Of a DNA stretch of 64,000 nucleotides, positions 51,107-61,170 are shown piece after piece. Location: IMG/VR virus record IMGVR_UViG_3300044715_001089. One strand, written 5' to 3'. Under the pieces are notes generated by a model, which was not told where the DNA came from, searched no databases, and saw only the letters and a program-made list of their open reading frames with translations. A program made the position numbers and the translations under genes. Positions within the stretch are counted from its first letter, which is position 1; every line of letters starts with the position of its first letter. The stretch is from an uncultured virus (IMG/VR IMGVR_UViG_3300044715_001089). Taxonomy: Duplodnaviria; Heunggongvirae; Uroviricota; Caudoviricetes.

Positions 51107-51793
51107 ATGATTATTTTAAACAACGCTAAAACAATTACGGCTCTTACCGAAAAAATGAATAGCAAAGAAAAATTTGCATTTGTTAACTTTCCAAGATCAG
51201 CTCTTATGGCTATGGGGAATTCTATTAGTGGAGATAAAAGACCAAATAAATATTTTACTAGGTCAATTCAAAACTCTTTTAACATAGTAGATAAGAATTA
51301 TATGAAAGGTCTACCCCCTGCTTTTATATATTCTGGAGAAGAAGATAATATATCTGCTTTTTCTTCAATATTAAAAGATGATAATTATTATGACTCTACT
51401 ACGCTAGAGCAGTATTACAGCACTGATGAGCCTATATTTAAATCATTTGTAGATCACTACATTAGGTACAGTTCATTTATTATAGTAAGTTTTCATGATA
51501 GAAAAATTATCAACAAAACACTAGGAGCTCCTTTGGAGGTAATTAGTGTTCCTTATAATGATTTTTACGATAAGTCAGATAGTATATTTGAGTCAATAGC
51601 TAAATTTGATGGCAAAGTTGACTACTGCTTATTCGATTGCCCATTGTTATCTTCTGCTCTTCCTCATAAGATCTGGAATGAGCTTAACATGTCAATGATA
51701 GATCTAGGTAAGGTATTTTCTTTTGCAAGAACCAATTACATCAATAGTGTACGAGAAAAAGAAAATGAAAAAAAAGATAGATCAAGACGATGA
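51107..51793 (+). CDS. hypothetical protein, possibly glycosyltransferase-associated
   Basis: 228 aa; C-terminal IDLGKVF resembles GT-D-fold proteins, but catalytic motifs are not evident. Confidence 0.5.
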   Translation: MIILNNAKTITALTEKMNSKEKFAFVNFPRSALMAMGNSISGDKRPNKYFTRSIQNSFNIVDKNYMKGLPPAFIYSGEEDNISAFSSILKDDNYYDSTTLEQYYSTDEPIFKSFVDHYIRYSSFIIVSFHDRKIINKTLGAPLEVISVPYNDFYDKSDSIFESIAKFDGKVDYCLFDCPLLSSALPHKIWNELNMSMIDLGKVFSFARTNYINSVREKENEKKDRSRR

Positions 51794-52403
51794 TCTTTTT
51801 CTTGTAGATTTACTTTTAGAATCTGATTTATCTTTACCAGCAATTGCTAAAGAAGTAGATCTTTCAATTAAAGATTTGAACAAAAAGATAGCACAGCTAG
51901 GTCTTACCTGGATTAAAGAGCAAAGAAAAAAAAGCTCAAGAGGTCAGTCCGCATTAACCGCTGTAATGAAGAAGCTTCTCCCAAATGAGAAGATAATAAA
52001 CGAGCATCATTTGGGAGATAAGCTTAGATTGGACGTATACTGTCCTAGTTATAAACTTGCAGCTGAATTTCATGGAAGACAACACTTCTATTACACTGAA
52101 AGATTTTTTGATTCTAAATATGAGTTTGAAGAAGCTCAAAAAAGAGACATAAAAAAAGTTGAGATGTGTAAAGAACAAGGAATTGCACTTATTGTTTTTA
52201 GATATAACGATCTTTTGACCGAAGAGTCTGTATACTCTAGGATGATAGAAGCAATAAGATCCAGTGATTGGAAAAACGCAGAGTCTAATCCAGCTAAGAA
52301 ACCACTATCACAAAATGCTTTCTATCAACAGCAGAAGAAGAAAAACAGCGAACATAAAAAACAAGTTTATCGAGCTATAAAACAGCGAAAGAAAAACCAG
52401 TGA
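51765..52403 (+). CDS. HTH plus Vsr/DUF559-like endonuclease domain protein
   Basis: SLPAIAKEVDLS (HTH); SRGQ, RLDVYCP..KLAAEFHGRQHF, RDIKK...C. Confidence 0.7.
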   Translation: MKKKIDQDDDLFLVDLLLESDLSLPAIAKEVDLSIKDLNKKIAQLGLTWIKEQRKKSSRGQSALTAVMKKLLPNEKIINEHHLGDKLRLDVYCPSYKLAAEFHGRQHFYYTERFFDSKYEFEEAQKRDIKKVEMCKEQGIALIVFRYNDLLTEESVYSRMIEAIRSSDWKNAESNPAKKPLSQNAFYQQQKKKNSEHKKQVYRAIKQRKKNQ

Positions 52404-53851
52404 CTGATCAAGAAACCAACATAGAAGAGTACCCAATAGAGTATCAACTATTCGCCTTATCATTTAAGGATCCTGGTGCTATACAATTCTTTAAGGAAAA
52501 TATACTTCCTGAAGAAGTTGGTTTCTTGCATAATCAAAAAGGTATTGGAGAGTTCTATGGGGCACTTGTTTCTTTCCATGATTTAACTAAACTAGAAGTA
52601 GTTGATCCAATGGCTTTTAAGACTTGGATAGAATCAGAAACAAACATCTATAATGCACTGGGTGGCTCAGTTGGCGTTGAGTCAATGATGTCTATATTGA
52701 TGAACTTAGAGCTGTCCAATAAAGAGTCAGTGTCAAAGGTAGTTAATCATAAAGCCTCTAAGAAAAAGCAATTAAATTATATAGAGGAATTAAAGTTCTT
52801 AATATCCAATAAGTCAACCAAGAGTGACCAAGAGATAGAGAGAATCAATGTTCTTGTTGGTTTAATCAAAGATATAGAAAATGAATCTGACTATAATCCA
52901 TTAGACACTGTCACTACAGCTAATCAGATGATAGATAGAGTAGACAACTTACTCGACGTTCCAGACTTCATGCCAACGCAGTTTAAATCGCTCAATAGAG
53001 CTATGGGGTACACAGATGAGGGGGGCTTCTTCAAAGGGGCCGTACACGCCATTATAGCCCCTTCTGGGAAGGGTAAGAGTACGTTTGCTAAGTGTTTAGT
53101 CAACCACTGGGTTAGCTCTGGCTATAGGGCTCTGTATGTCAACTTTGAAGAGGCTCAGTCTCACTGGGAAAGAGTCCTAATGACTCAGATTATCGGACAA
53201 AATGTTTATGCCAATGCCGACAGATGGTCTCCGGAAGACAAATTAAAGTATTCAAATTTGTTTAAATCAAAGTTAGCAGAATGGGGTGATCGTCTGATGG
53301 TCAAACACGATCCTGATACTCCTTATTTTGAAGATTTGGAAAAATGGCTTAGAGATATTCTTGGTTATGGAAAAGATATACCTGACGTAATAGTAATCGA
53401 TACAATTCAGTCTATGTTTACCAAGGGTAAAGGAAAAGCCCGTTGGGGTGAGTTTGAAGAGATGATGGTTCGCCTAGAAAAGTTGGCTAGAGATATGAAC
53501 TGTGTTCTCATCATTACCGCACAAGAGAACTCTAATAGAATGAAGGAAAAGCGTGAAGTGGTTCAGCAGTCGGACACTGGTGGATCTTTAGCTATTCAGC
53601 AAAAGTGTGCCGTAACCATATTTATTACAGAAAAAAGACTTATAAGTGGCGATGAAACAGAAGATGATACAATCATGCAGCTGCAAATTCCTAAAAACAG
53701 AATAACTGGTTCTACGTTTGTGTACGATCCACCTCTGGTGAGATACGTAGATGCCAAAAAGATATATGAGGATTATGAGATCGTAACAGAGGAAACTTAT
53801 GATTCTAATTCAATCCTAGACGATCTATTAAATGGAGGTTTATTTAGCTAA
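52400..53851 (+). CDS. replicative SF4/DnaB-like helicase
   Basis: Walker A APSGKGKST, NFEE, Walker B IVIDTIQ, LIITAQENS, IPKNR. Confidence 0.85.
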   Translation: MTDQETNIEEYPIEYQLFALSFKDPGAIQFFKENILPEEVGFLHNQKGIGEFYGALVSFHDLTKLEVVDPMAFKTWIESETNIYNALGGSVGVESMMSILMNLELSNKESVSKVVNHKASKKKQLNYIEELKFLISNKSTKSDQEIERINVLVGLIKDIENESDYNPLDTVTTANQMIDRVDNLLDVPDFMPTQFKSLNRAMGYTDEGGFFKGAVHAIIAPSGKGKSTFAKCLVNHWVSSGYRALYVNFEEAQSHWERVLMTQIIGQNVYANADRWSPEDKLKYSNLFKSKLAEWGDRLMVKHDPDTPYFEDLEKWLRDILGYGKDIPDVIVIDTIQSMFTKGKGKARWGEFEEMMVRLEKLARDMNCVLIITAQENSNRMKEKREVVQQSDTGGSLAIQQKCAVTIFITEKRLISGDETEDDTIMQLQIPKNRITGSTFVYDPPLVRYVDAKKIYEDYEIVTEETYDSNSILDDLLNGGLFS

Positions 53852-54651
53852 TGAAATTAGTTACCCCTAAATCAATTAAAGACTTTCAAACATGTTCTTT
53901 GCTGTATAGCTACAGACATGAAGAACAATTGCCAGAGACAATAGGTGGAAGAGACCTAATAGCTGAAAAGTTTGAGAATACAATAAAAGATATAATATAC
54001 TTCTTCTTCTACAAGAAGCAAGGTGGATATACCCCTTCTTACGCTTCTCTGCTAAATAGGTGGGAGAAGTTATGGTTTTCAGGTGATGTTTCTTCTTATG
54101 ACATAATGACGGAACAGCACGAGAGCGCATACGGCAACAATGCTAGCCTTACCACAAAAGCTGCAGCAGTATTACTTTCTTTTTATGAATCGTTCTCTGA
54201 CTCTTCATCAATTCCTATAGCAATTAACGAAGACTTTGTTATACCTTTAACTCCCAATATTAAAATAAAAGATAGATTTGATATTATACTTTCTCATAAA
54301 GGGCATTACCTTGTGATGAAGTTGATGTTTAACTTCAAAAATAATCACCAAAATATGTATCAGGTTGACTTTAGTTCTTTATACGCAGCTTTTGCCCACA
54401 AGAACCCAACTAAAGTAAGCAGTTTAAAGGTTGGGTATTGTGATCTATTAAGTTCCAATACTGATTTTCAAGAGTATGAAATACTGGAAGATGATTTAGT
54501 TGCACTAAAATTTTGGGGTGAAGAAATAAATGATACTGAAAAGTTTATTCCAAGAAGAGGTTTAACTTGGTATTGTAAGAAATGTCCGTTTGATAAACCG
54601 TGTTCAAAATGGACTCCTAATACAAAGGTAGCAGTTAATGTCAAAAAGTAG
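53851..54651 (+). CDS. PD-(D/E)XK/Cas4-like fold protein, probably catalytically degenerate
   Basis: SIKDFQTC...CKKCPFDKPC four-Cys frame; RFD present but no DYKT. Confidence 0.65.
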   Translation: MKLVTPKSIKDFQTCSLLYSYRHEEQLPETIGGRDLIAEKFENTIKDIIYFFFYKKQGGYTPSYASLLNRWEKLWFSGDVSSYDIMTEQHESAYGNNASLTTKAAAVLLSFYESFSDSSSIPIAINEDFVIPLTPNIKIKDRFDIILSHKGHYLVMKLMFNFKNNHQNMYQVDFSSLYAAFAHKNPTKVSSLKVGYCDLLSSNTDFQEYEILEDDLVALKFWGEEINDTEKFIPRRGLTWYCKKCPFDKPCSKWTPNTKVAVNVKK

Positions 54652-54808
54652 ATTAGGGATAATGCTTGATCAAGAAAAAACAGATCAGCTAAACGCCATA
54701 GCTTATTCCTTTAAAAAAACACCAGAAAAATTTATCAATGATATAATACAATCAACATATGACAAGATACAAATGTTAACATTGAAATGGGATGATGATG
54801 AACAATAA
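54638..54808 (+). CDS. small protein (56 aa, not in the ORF track), ribbon-helix-helix-like
   Basis: MSKSRLGIMLDQEKTDQLNAIAYSFKKTPEKFINDII; fills the gap with overlapping starts and stops. Confidence 0.5.
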   Translation: MSKSRLGIMLDQEKTDQLNAIAYSFKKTPEKFINDIIQSTYDKIQMLTLKWDDDEQ

Positions 54809-55493
54809 ATCTATTTTAGATGATCTGTTAAAGGATGAGCCGGTATTTAATTCTAACGATGAAGAGGATACTATATTATCTCCTCTGATCACCGAGATTA
54901 ATATGATTGAGAATCATGGTATTAGGTCTTTTGTAAGATCAATATTAATTCAATCTAAAATGTTTTGGTCTATACCGTCAAGCTTCTCCGGTAGGTATCA
55001 TCCACCCGATGAGCATAACTATGGTGGAAATGTTTTACACACAAAAAGAGTAGTAAGAGCTTCTAAGGTTATAAGCGATTCATACTCTCTAACATCAAGT
55101 GAAAGAGATCTTGTCTACGCCGCATGCTTGCTGCACGATGTAACCAAAGGAGTAGGAGATCCAGACTCTGAAGATCCAAAGTCTTTTGTGTATGATCCAC
55201 TTCATCCTTACACTGTGGGGATGTTCGTTAAAAAATGTCAAGAAAATGATAAGAAGTATTCTTCTGAATCTAGTTCTTCAACCCTATTTATAGATGAAGA
55301 TACAGTCCAGTCTATAATGAGATTAGTAAGATGTCACCTTGGCCCTTGGTCTCCAGTCCCTGAAACTGTCCCTGTAACTTACCTGGATATCATAGTCCAC
55401 ATATCGGACAACCTAGCTTCTAAACTACACTACATAACTGATGGAGATGATATAGTCCAAGAAAGATGGACTATAGGTAAGAAGGAAGAATAA
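54798..55493 (+). CDS. HD-domain phosphohydrolase
   Basis: PSSFSGRYHP, GGNVLHT, ACLLHD, CHLGPW, HISD. Confidence 0.82.
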   Translation: MNNKSILDDLLKDEPVFNSNDEEDTILSPLITEINMIENHGIRSFVRSILIQSKMFWSIPSSFSGRYHPPDEHNYGGNVLHTKRVVRASKVISDSYSLTSSERDLVYAACLLHDVTKGVGDPDSEDPKSFVYDPLHPYTVGMFVKKCQENDKKYSSESSSSTLFIDEDTVQSIMRLVRCHLGPWSPVPETVPVTYLDIIVHISDNLASKLHYITDGDDIVQERWTIGKKEE

Positions 55494-55494
55494 A

Positions 55495-55662
55495 ATGAAT
55501 AGCGACGATGTTATGTCTGCTAGAACTATAGCCATAGAAAAAATGGAGTTTTACATACAAGAGTCGATATACTACAGGTCTTATAGCGAGCATATGAATC
55601 AAGATGTAAAAGTTGTCTTGTGGAATATAAAAGACGAAATTGGAAAAGCTAAAATAGAATGA
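55495..55662 (+). CDS. small hypothetical protein (55 aa, not in the ORF track)
   Basis: AAGGAAG RBS; ATGA overlap with the primase gene. Confidence 0.5.
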   Translation: MNSDDVMSARTIAIEKMEFYIQESIYYRSYSEHMNQDVKVVLWNIKDEIGKAKIE

Positions 55663-56855
55663 AGATATCATCAGAGAATAAATTTTACTCTAAATGGCAG
55701 TATGTCGAATTAGCTAGGTACATACCTAACATTAAGCGTGTTATTAGGGAAAAAGATCAAGACGGAAACATGCTCTACGATTTACGTAGAGTAAATGCAT
55801 ATTCGAAAAAATATGACGATACCGGAATATATACTTCTGTATGGAGATTTAATTCAGAAGATTTACAAACAGCTATTAGATTTGGTTCTCTTTATTTTGA
55901 TATAGATAATGATGATATGAATATTTCATATAATGAAGTAAAAAAATTATATTCTCATTTAAATAAATTTATTCCAGATGAATCTATTATAGTTTACTTC
56001 ACTGGTAAAAAGGGTTTTCACATAGAGTGTGAAGTAATAGCACTGGGCATAAACCCAGGTAACAATCTTCCAATTGTCTTTAGGCATATCGCAACAGATC
56101 TTAAGGAAAAATTAGAATTAACATCACTTGATTTTAGCGTTTACGATCCAAGAAGAATGTGGAGACTTGCAGGAACTAAACATCAAGATACTGGTTTATA
56201 TAAAACTATTATCAGCAAAGATCTATTATTTACAAATATAGAAGCAGTTAGATCATATAGTTCAGAATACCATGAACCTATAGTAGAAGACCAAAAATTC
56301 TCTAGTACAGCAAATCAATGGTACGCCGATTACGTCCTTCAGGTGGACGATTTAAAGAATAAGCCAAGAGATGTTTTGGCTCATTTTAATCAATATGGAT
56401 CTTCTGGAAATAAAACATTTTCAGAGTCAGAAAAAGTATTTGAAAAAGAAAAACTTTTAGACAAATGCCCATCTATTAAAAGATTATATGACCAGGCAAA
56501 AGAAAAGCACTACTTGGAGCATGAAGCAAGATTATTCCTATGTTCTATATTAACTTATTCAGAAGAGGGTGTACAATATTTACATGAGATATTGAGCTAT
56601 TGCGAAGACTATAATATATCTAAATCTACAGCTCATATTAATGACTGGATAAAAAGAAGAGATATGGGAATAGGCGGTAGACCATTTACCTGCGAAAGAG
56701 CAAACGCAGCTGGTGTTGGATGTGGTCAATGTTCTTTGGAAGAAAAAAATAAATGGATAAAAATAAATGGTAAGTTTTTTGAAACAAACGAAAAGTCATC
56801 ACCGTCACCAGTACGTTTTGCATATTCAACAAAAAAGGAGGTGAATCATGAGTAA
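55659..56855 (+). CDS. archaeo-eukaryotic (AEP) primase with C-terminal Cys-rich PriL-CTD-like domain
   Basis: LYFDID, FTGKKGFHI, DFSVYD.RRMWRL; C-terminal CPSI...HEARL...FTCE...CGQC. Confidence 0.78.
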   Translation: MKISSENKFYSKWQYVELARYIPNIKRVIREKDQDGNMLYDLRRVNAYSKKYDDTGIYTSVWRFNSEDLQTAIRFGSLYFDIDNDDMNISYNEVKKLYSHLNKFIPDESIIVYFTGKKGFHIECEVIALGINPGNNLPIVFRHIATDLKEKLELTSLDFSVYDPRRMWRLAGTKHQDTGLYKTIISKDLLFTNIEAVRSYSSEYHEPIVEDQKFSSTANQWYADYVLQVDDLKNKPRDVLAHFNQYGSSGNKTFSESEKVFEKEKLLDKCPSIKRLYDQAKEKHYLEHEARLFLCSILTYSEEGVQYLHEILSYCEDYNISKSTAHINDWIKRRDMGIGGRPFTCERANAAGVGCGQCSLEEKNKWIKINGKFFETNEKSSPSPVRFAYSTKKEVNHE

Positions 56856-57048
56856 TCAAGAAGACGATGCAATTGGGCTATGTTCCGAATGTAAATCAGA
56901 TCAAATGGATAGCACAATGTTTAGAAGCGTTTTTGCACAGAACGGAGTTCCTCCAGTCTGCAAATATTGTGGAGGAGTCGTAATCATAGTGATGAGATCG
57001 CAAAGAGATCAGGCAATAAATCAGCTAGATAGAGAAAGAGGCCTCTAG
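56848..57048 (+). CDS. small zinc-ribbon protein
   Basis: CSEC...CKYC; AAGGAGGTG RBS. Confidence 0.7.
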   Translation: MSNQEDDAIGLCSECKSDQMDSTMFRSVFAQNGVPPVCKYCGGVVIIVMRSQRDQAINQLDRERGL

Positions 57049-60000
57049 TGAAAAACTGGACCAACCTACATAATCATACCGTATTCTCCATGTTGGATGG
57101 ACACGGTAGTGTAGAGCAATATCTAGAAAGAGCTAAGTCATTAGGAATGACTGGACTGGCAACTACTGATCATGGAAACATACATTCATGGTTAGATTTT
57201 TATGACGCAGGAAAATCTGCAGGAGTAAAACCTATCCTTGGATCTGAATTCTATCAAGCAAGAAAAAGTAGATTTGATAGAGATCCAGAAGAAAGATCTG
57301 GTCCTTCAAAAAATGAGTGGGAACAAAGAGGTCCATACCATATAACTATCTTGGCAAAGAATAATACTGGATATCACAATATTATTAAGATGTCATCTAG
57401 AGCTTTTACCGAAGGCTACTACGTTAAGCCTAGAATAGATCACGATTTAATATCACAACACTCAGACGGCATTATAGTTCTATCTGGGTGTCTTAACGGA
57501 GAAGTATCTCAAGCTCTTTTAAGAAAAGATTATAATACTGCATTAAAGCATGCTACAACGATGCAATCAATTGTAGGTGCAGAAAACTATTTCATAGAGA
57601 TTCAAAACCATGGAATTGAAGAACAGCTTTCGATTATACCTGATCTAATTAGACTAGCTAATTACATTGGCGCAAAAGTAGTTCCATCCGGTGACTGTCA
57701 TTACGTTCATCAAAACGATGCAAATGCTCATGACATAATGCTCTGTGTAGCTACAAACTCAAACATACATACACCTAATAGATTTTCTTTTTCTGGTGAT
57801 CAGTTTTATCTGCAATCATATGATGAAATGGCTTCTATATTTTCTGACGAACTTCTTAGAAACACCATGCATGTAAACGATATGATTGATGTGGATTTAA
57901 ACTTTGGAGATATACACTTCCCTAATTTCCCAATTCCAACGCAAGAAACATCTGTAGATTACTTTGAAAGACTAGCTTGGGATGGTTTAAAAAGACGATA
58001 CGGCAATGAATTACCTCAGCACATAGTTGAGAGAGCTAATCATGAAATAAAAGTAGTTAAGGAAATGGGTTTTCCAGAGTACTTCTTAGTTGTCTCAGAC
58101 TTGGTTAGATGGGCTAAGGAAAATGATATTAGGGTCGGATGGGGTAGAGGATCTGCTGCCGGTAGCGTTCTCTCCTATGCTTTTGACATTACTAACTTAG
58201 ACCCAATTAAGTTTGGACTTATGTTTGAAAGATTCCTCGTAGAAGGAAGAAAGTCCATGCCCGATATCGACTTAGACTTTGACGATAGGCACAGAGATAA
58301 GGTAATTGAATATGCGCGCACAAAGTATGGTAGTGATCACGTTGCCCATATATGTACGTTTAACAGAACCGGTGCTAGACAGTCGATACGAGACGCTGCA
58401 AGAGCTCTTGGATATGATTTCTCTACAGGTGATAAAGTATCCAAACTAGTTCCACCACCAGTACTAGGTGTATCTAAGTCACTAAGAGACTGCATGGACG
58501 TTTTTGAATTTTCTCAATTATACAATTCAGATGTAGATGCAAAGATAGTCATAGATACAGCTTTTGGTTTAGAGAACTTAGTTCGCCAAACTGGCATTCA
58601 CGCTGCAGGTATAGTTATATCTAAAAATGAATTAACTGAGTATCTCCCTATCATGAAAAAAGGAGTAGATAGCCCAATAGTAACTCAATGGGATATGGGT
58701 AGAGTAGAACAATGTGGTCTACTTAAAATTGACTTCTTGGGGTTAAGAAACTTAGGGGTAATAGATAACTGTATAAAGTTAGTTAAGAGAAATAAGAATA
58801 TAGATATTGACGTAGACACAATCCCAATTGATGATCAAAAAACATACGATCAGCTAGCCAAGGGTAATGCTGTAGGAGTTTTCCAGCTGGAGTCTGCTGG
58901 TATGCGTGAACTCATGGTTCAATTGCAGCCACGAGATATCCAAGACATCATGGCGTTGATATCACTTTACAGACCAGGCCCAATGGGTTCTGGCATGGAT
59001 AAATTATACATAGATAGAAAACACGGCAGAAGTAAGATTGTTTATGACCATCCTAAATTAGAAAAAGTATTAGGTCCATCTTTAGGCATCATGTTATACC
59101 AAGAAGATGTTCTTGGAGTATCTAGAGAGTTAGCTGGATTTTCTTCTGCTGAAGCAGATGATTTGCGTAAAGCTATCGGAAAAAAACAAATGGATAAAAT
59201 TTCTTTGTTTAGAAAGAAGTTTGTAGACGGATGCGTAAGCGTTTCTGGAATATCTGAAGATAAAGCTAATAAAATTTATTCAGACATTGAATACTTCGGT
59301 GGTTATGGCTTTAACAGAGCACACGCTGCAAGTTATGCAATGATATCTTACGTCACTGCTTATCTAAAGATGAATTACACGGCAGAATATATGGCAGCAT
59401 TGATGAGCTCTGTAGTTGGAAATAAAGATAAACAATCTTTATATCTATCTGACTGCAGAAAACTTGGGATTAAAGTAAGAACTCCTTCTATTAATAAATC
59501 AGGAAAAGACTTTAACGTATTAGATGATCATAATATTATTTTTGGATTATCCGCAATAAGTGGAATTGGTGATTCAATCGCAGAAGCAATAATAAATTGC
59601 AGAGATGAAGATAAGCCATATGTAAATATGTATGATTTCTTTAGAAGATGCGATTCAGCAATCTTGAAGAAGTCAACCTTAGAACACCTAACCTACTCTG
59701 GTGCCATTGATGAGCTGATATACGTAGATGAAGAATTGGATATCAATAGACAAAATGAATTGGCAATTTTAGAAAAAGAAAAAGAAGAGCTAGGGATTTA
59801 CGTTTCTAAGCATCCAATGGAGGGTATGGCCGAAGTAGTTCGACCAATGATAGACAAAGAGATTATTGATCTATTTGATATCAACAACGGAGCTAATGTA
59901 AAAATAGGTGGAGTTATAACAGGCGTTAAAAAGATAATAACCAAAAAGGGTCAAAAGATGTTTAAGTTAAACATTGAAGATCTGTCTGGTGAAATTGAAG

Positions 60001-60374
60001 TTATAATCTTTCCAAGAGAAGCTAAAGACATCCAGGATAACGAATTTGCCCAAGGAGATGTTGTGGTTCTTACTGGGGCTGTTAGTAGGGAAAATGATGA
60101 CGAGCAGTCTATCGTTAAAATGTTTTATAATAGTTCACAAAAAATAGATACAGATAAAGCAATAAATACAAAATCTATCAAGTTGCTTCTTTCTAATCCT
60201 CCATCGTTAGAGCTGGTAAAACAACTTTATGATATAATAGAAAACGCAAATGGTTCTGCAAATGTCTATATTGAATATGTAGAAGATAACCGTAGAATAG
60301 TCTTTAGATTTAAGAAAACAACATCATTAAAAATTGAAGATAACCTTAAAGAAATAGTCAAGATAGGAAATTAA
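57048..60374 (+). CDS. dnaE: DNA polymerase III alpha subunit
   Basis: PHP domain LHNHT/TDHGN, GRGSAAGS, MPDIDLDF, KIDFLGL, GFNRAHA, C-terminal OB fold. Confidence 0.95.
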   Translation: MKNWTNLHNHTVFSMLDGHGSVEQYLERAKSLGMTGLATTDHGNIHSWLDFYDAGKSAGVKPILGSEFYQARKSRFDRDPEERSGPSKNEWEQRGPYHITILAKNNTGYHNIIKMSSRAFTEGYYVKPRIDHDLISQHSDGIIVLSGCLNGEVSQALLRKDYNTALKHATTMQSIVGAENYFIEIQNHGIEEQLSIIPDLIRLANYIGAKVVPSGDCHYVHQNDANAHDIMLCVATNSNIHTPNRFSFSGDQFYLQSYDEMASIFSDELLRNTMHVNDMIDVDLNFGDIHFPNFPIPTQETSVDYFERLAWDGLKRRYGNELPQHIVERANHEIKVVKEMGFPEYFLVVSDLVRWAKENDIRVGWGRGSAAGSVLSYAFDITNLDPIKFGLMFERFLVEGRKSMPDIDLDFDDRHRDKVIEYARTKYGSDHVAHICTFNRTGARQSIRDAARALGYDFSTGDKVSKLVPPPVLGVSKSLRDCMDVFEFSQLYNSDVDAKIVIDTAFGLENLVRQTGIHAAGIVISKNELTEYLPIMKKGVDSPIVTQWDMGRVEQCGLLKIDFLGLRNLGVIDNCIKLVKRNKNIDIDVDTIPIDDQKTYDQLAKGNAVGVFQLESAGMRELMVQLQPRDIQDIMALISLYRPGPMGSGMDKLYIDRKHGRSKIVYDHPKLEKVLGPSLGIMLYQEDVLGVSRELAGFSSAEADDLRKAIGKKQMDKISLFRKKFVDGCVSVSGISEDKANKIYSDIEYFGGYGFNRAHAASYAMISYVTAYLKMNYTAEYMAALMSSVVGNKDKQSLYLSDCRKLGIKVRTPSINKSGKDFNVLDDHNIIFGLSAISGIGDSIAEAIINCRDEDKPYVNMYDFFRRCDSAILKKSTLEHLTYSGAIDELIYVDEELDINRQNELAILEKEKEELGIYVSKHPMEGMAEVVRPMIDKEIIDLFDINNGANVKIGGVITGVKKIITKKGQKMFKLNIEDLSGEIEVIIFPREAKDIQDNEFAQGDVVVLTGAVSRENDDEQSIVKMFYNSSQKIDTDKAINTKSIKLLLSNPPSLELVKQLYDIIENANGSANVYIEYVEDNRRIVFRFKKTTSLKIEDNLKEIVKIGN

Positions 60375-60375
60375 A

Positions 60376-60741
60376 ATGACAATACCAGGAACTTACCAAA
60401 ATCCGACTGATAAACCGTGTTGGACAGTGTGCTTTTCTTGCAGCAGATGTGCGGATAAAGGTAGATACACAAAATGCAACAAGTGCAGTGGAAGATATGA
60501 TCCACTTGGAAAAGTCGATCCAGATCACGAAGACTACTGCGATTGCAAAAATGGAAACCTTAGATGGAAAACCCAAGAGGGTAGATTAATTATGACTAAG
60601 TTCAAGACTAATCCATTCAAAGGACAGGTTAAATACGAAAAGCAGACAGAAGACGAAAGAGACTGGGATTCGTACGTAAATGATATGAGAGAAAAAATGG
60701 ATAACCCATACTTTAACCCAATTATGATAACGGAGGATTAG
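60376..60741 (+). CDS. Cys-rich hypothetical protein
   Basis: CWTVCFSCSRC...CNKC...CDC. Confidence 0.65.
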   Translation: MTIPGTYQNPTDKPCWTVCFSCSRCADKGRYTKCNKCSGRYDPLGKVDPDHEDYCDCKNGNLRWKTQEGRLIMTKFKTNPFKGQVKYEKQTEDERDWDSYVNDMREKMDNPYFNPIMITED

Positions 60742-60743
60742 AA

Positions 60744-60977
60744 ATGTTAAGAGGAGAAGCTGGAAGAATAGTAAAAGATAATGTCACATTAATAGAATAT
60801 GAAGAGTCTATTGTAGGTTTTTCTAACAATTACTTTTTGCAAGTTGGAGTAGTTGGTCTGCACTTTACTGAAAAGGAATTAAAAAATCTTTATACAGTGC
60901 TTAACTATTATGTCAACATAGAAGACTTTTCAGAATGCACCATCAAAGTAGGAGATGAAGATGTATCCATATCTTGA
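60744..60977 (+). CDS. hypothetical protein
   Basis: GGAGG RBS. Confidence 0.6.
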   Translation: MLRGEAGRIVKDNVTLIEYEESIVGFSNNYFLQVGVVGLHFTEKELKNLYTVLNYYVNIEDFSECTIKVGDEDVSIS

Positions 60978-61143
60978 AGATGATTTCATGGAAATTGGTA
61001 ACACAGGATGGGTTCCCGTAGGTGAAAGCTGCTTTCTAAATAAATATACTGGTCATACTATAGACCAGATAGGCGTAGAGCGTGACAAGCTTGGTAATAT
61101 AATATTCGATCCCGCTGATGAGGGAAACGATAATAACGTATGA
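60961..61143 (+). CDS. hypothetical protein
   Basis: AGGAG RBS, operon-style overlap. Confidence 0.55.
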   Translation: MYPYLEDDFMEIGNTGWVPVGESCFLNKYTGHTIDQIGVERDKLGNIIFDPADEGNDNNV

Positions 61144-61170
61144 TAAAATTAATTCTATTAAGGAGAAAAG

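Noticed and set aside
41685..60374. Inteins or introns in nrdJ, helicase or dnaE
   Set aside because: Lengths are normal, and no intein termini or homing endonuclease motifs were seen
2053..60374. Stop-codon reassignment (TAG or TGA read-through)
   Set aside because: Very long genes are open in the standard code, TAA/TAG/TGA all end genes, and the breaks need a frame change rather than read-through
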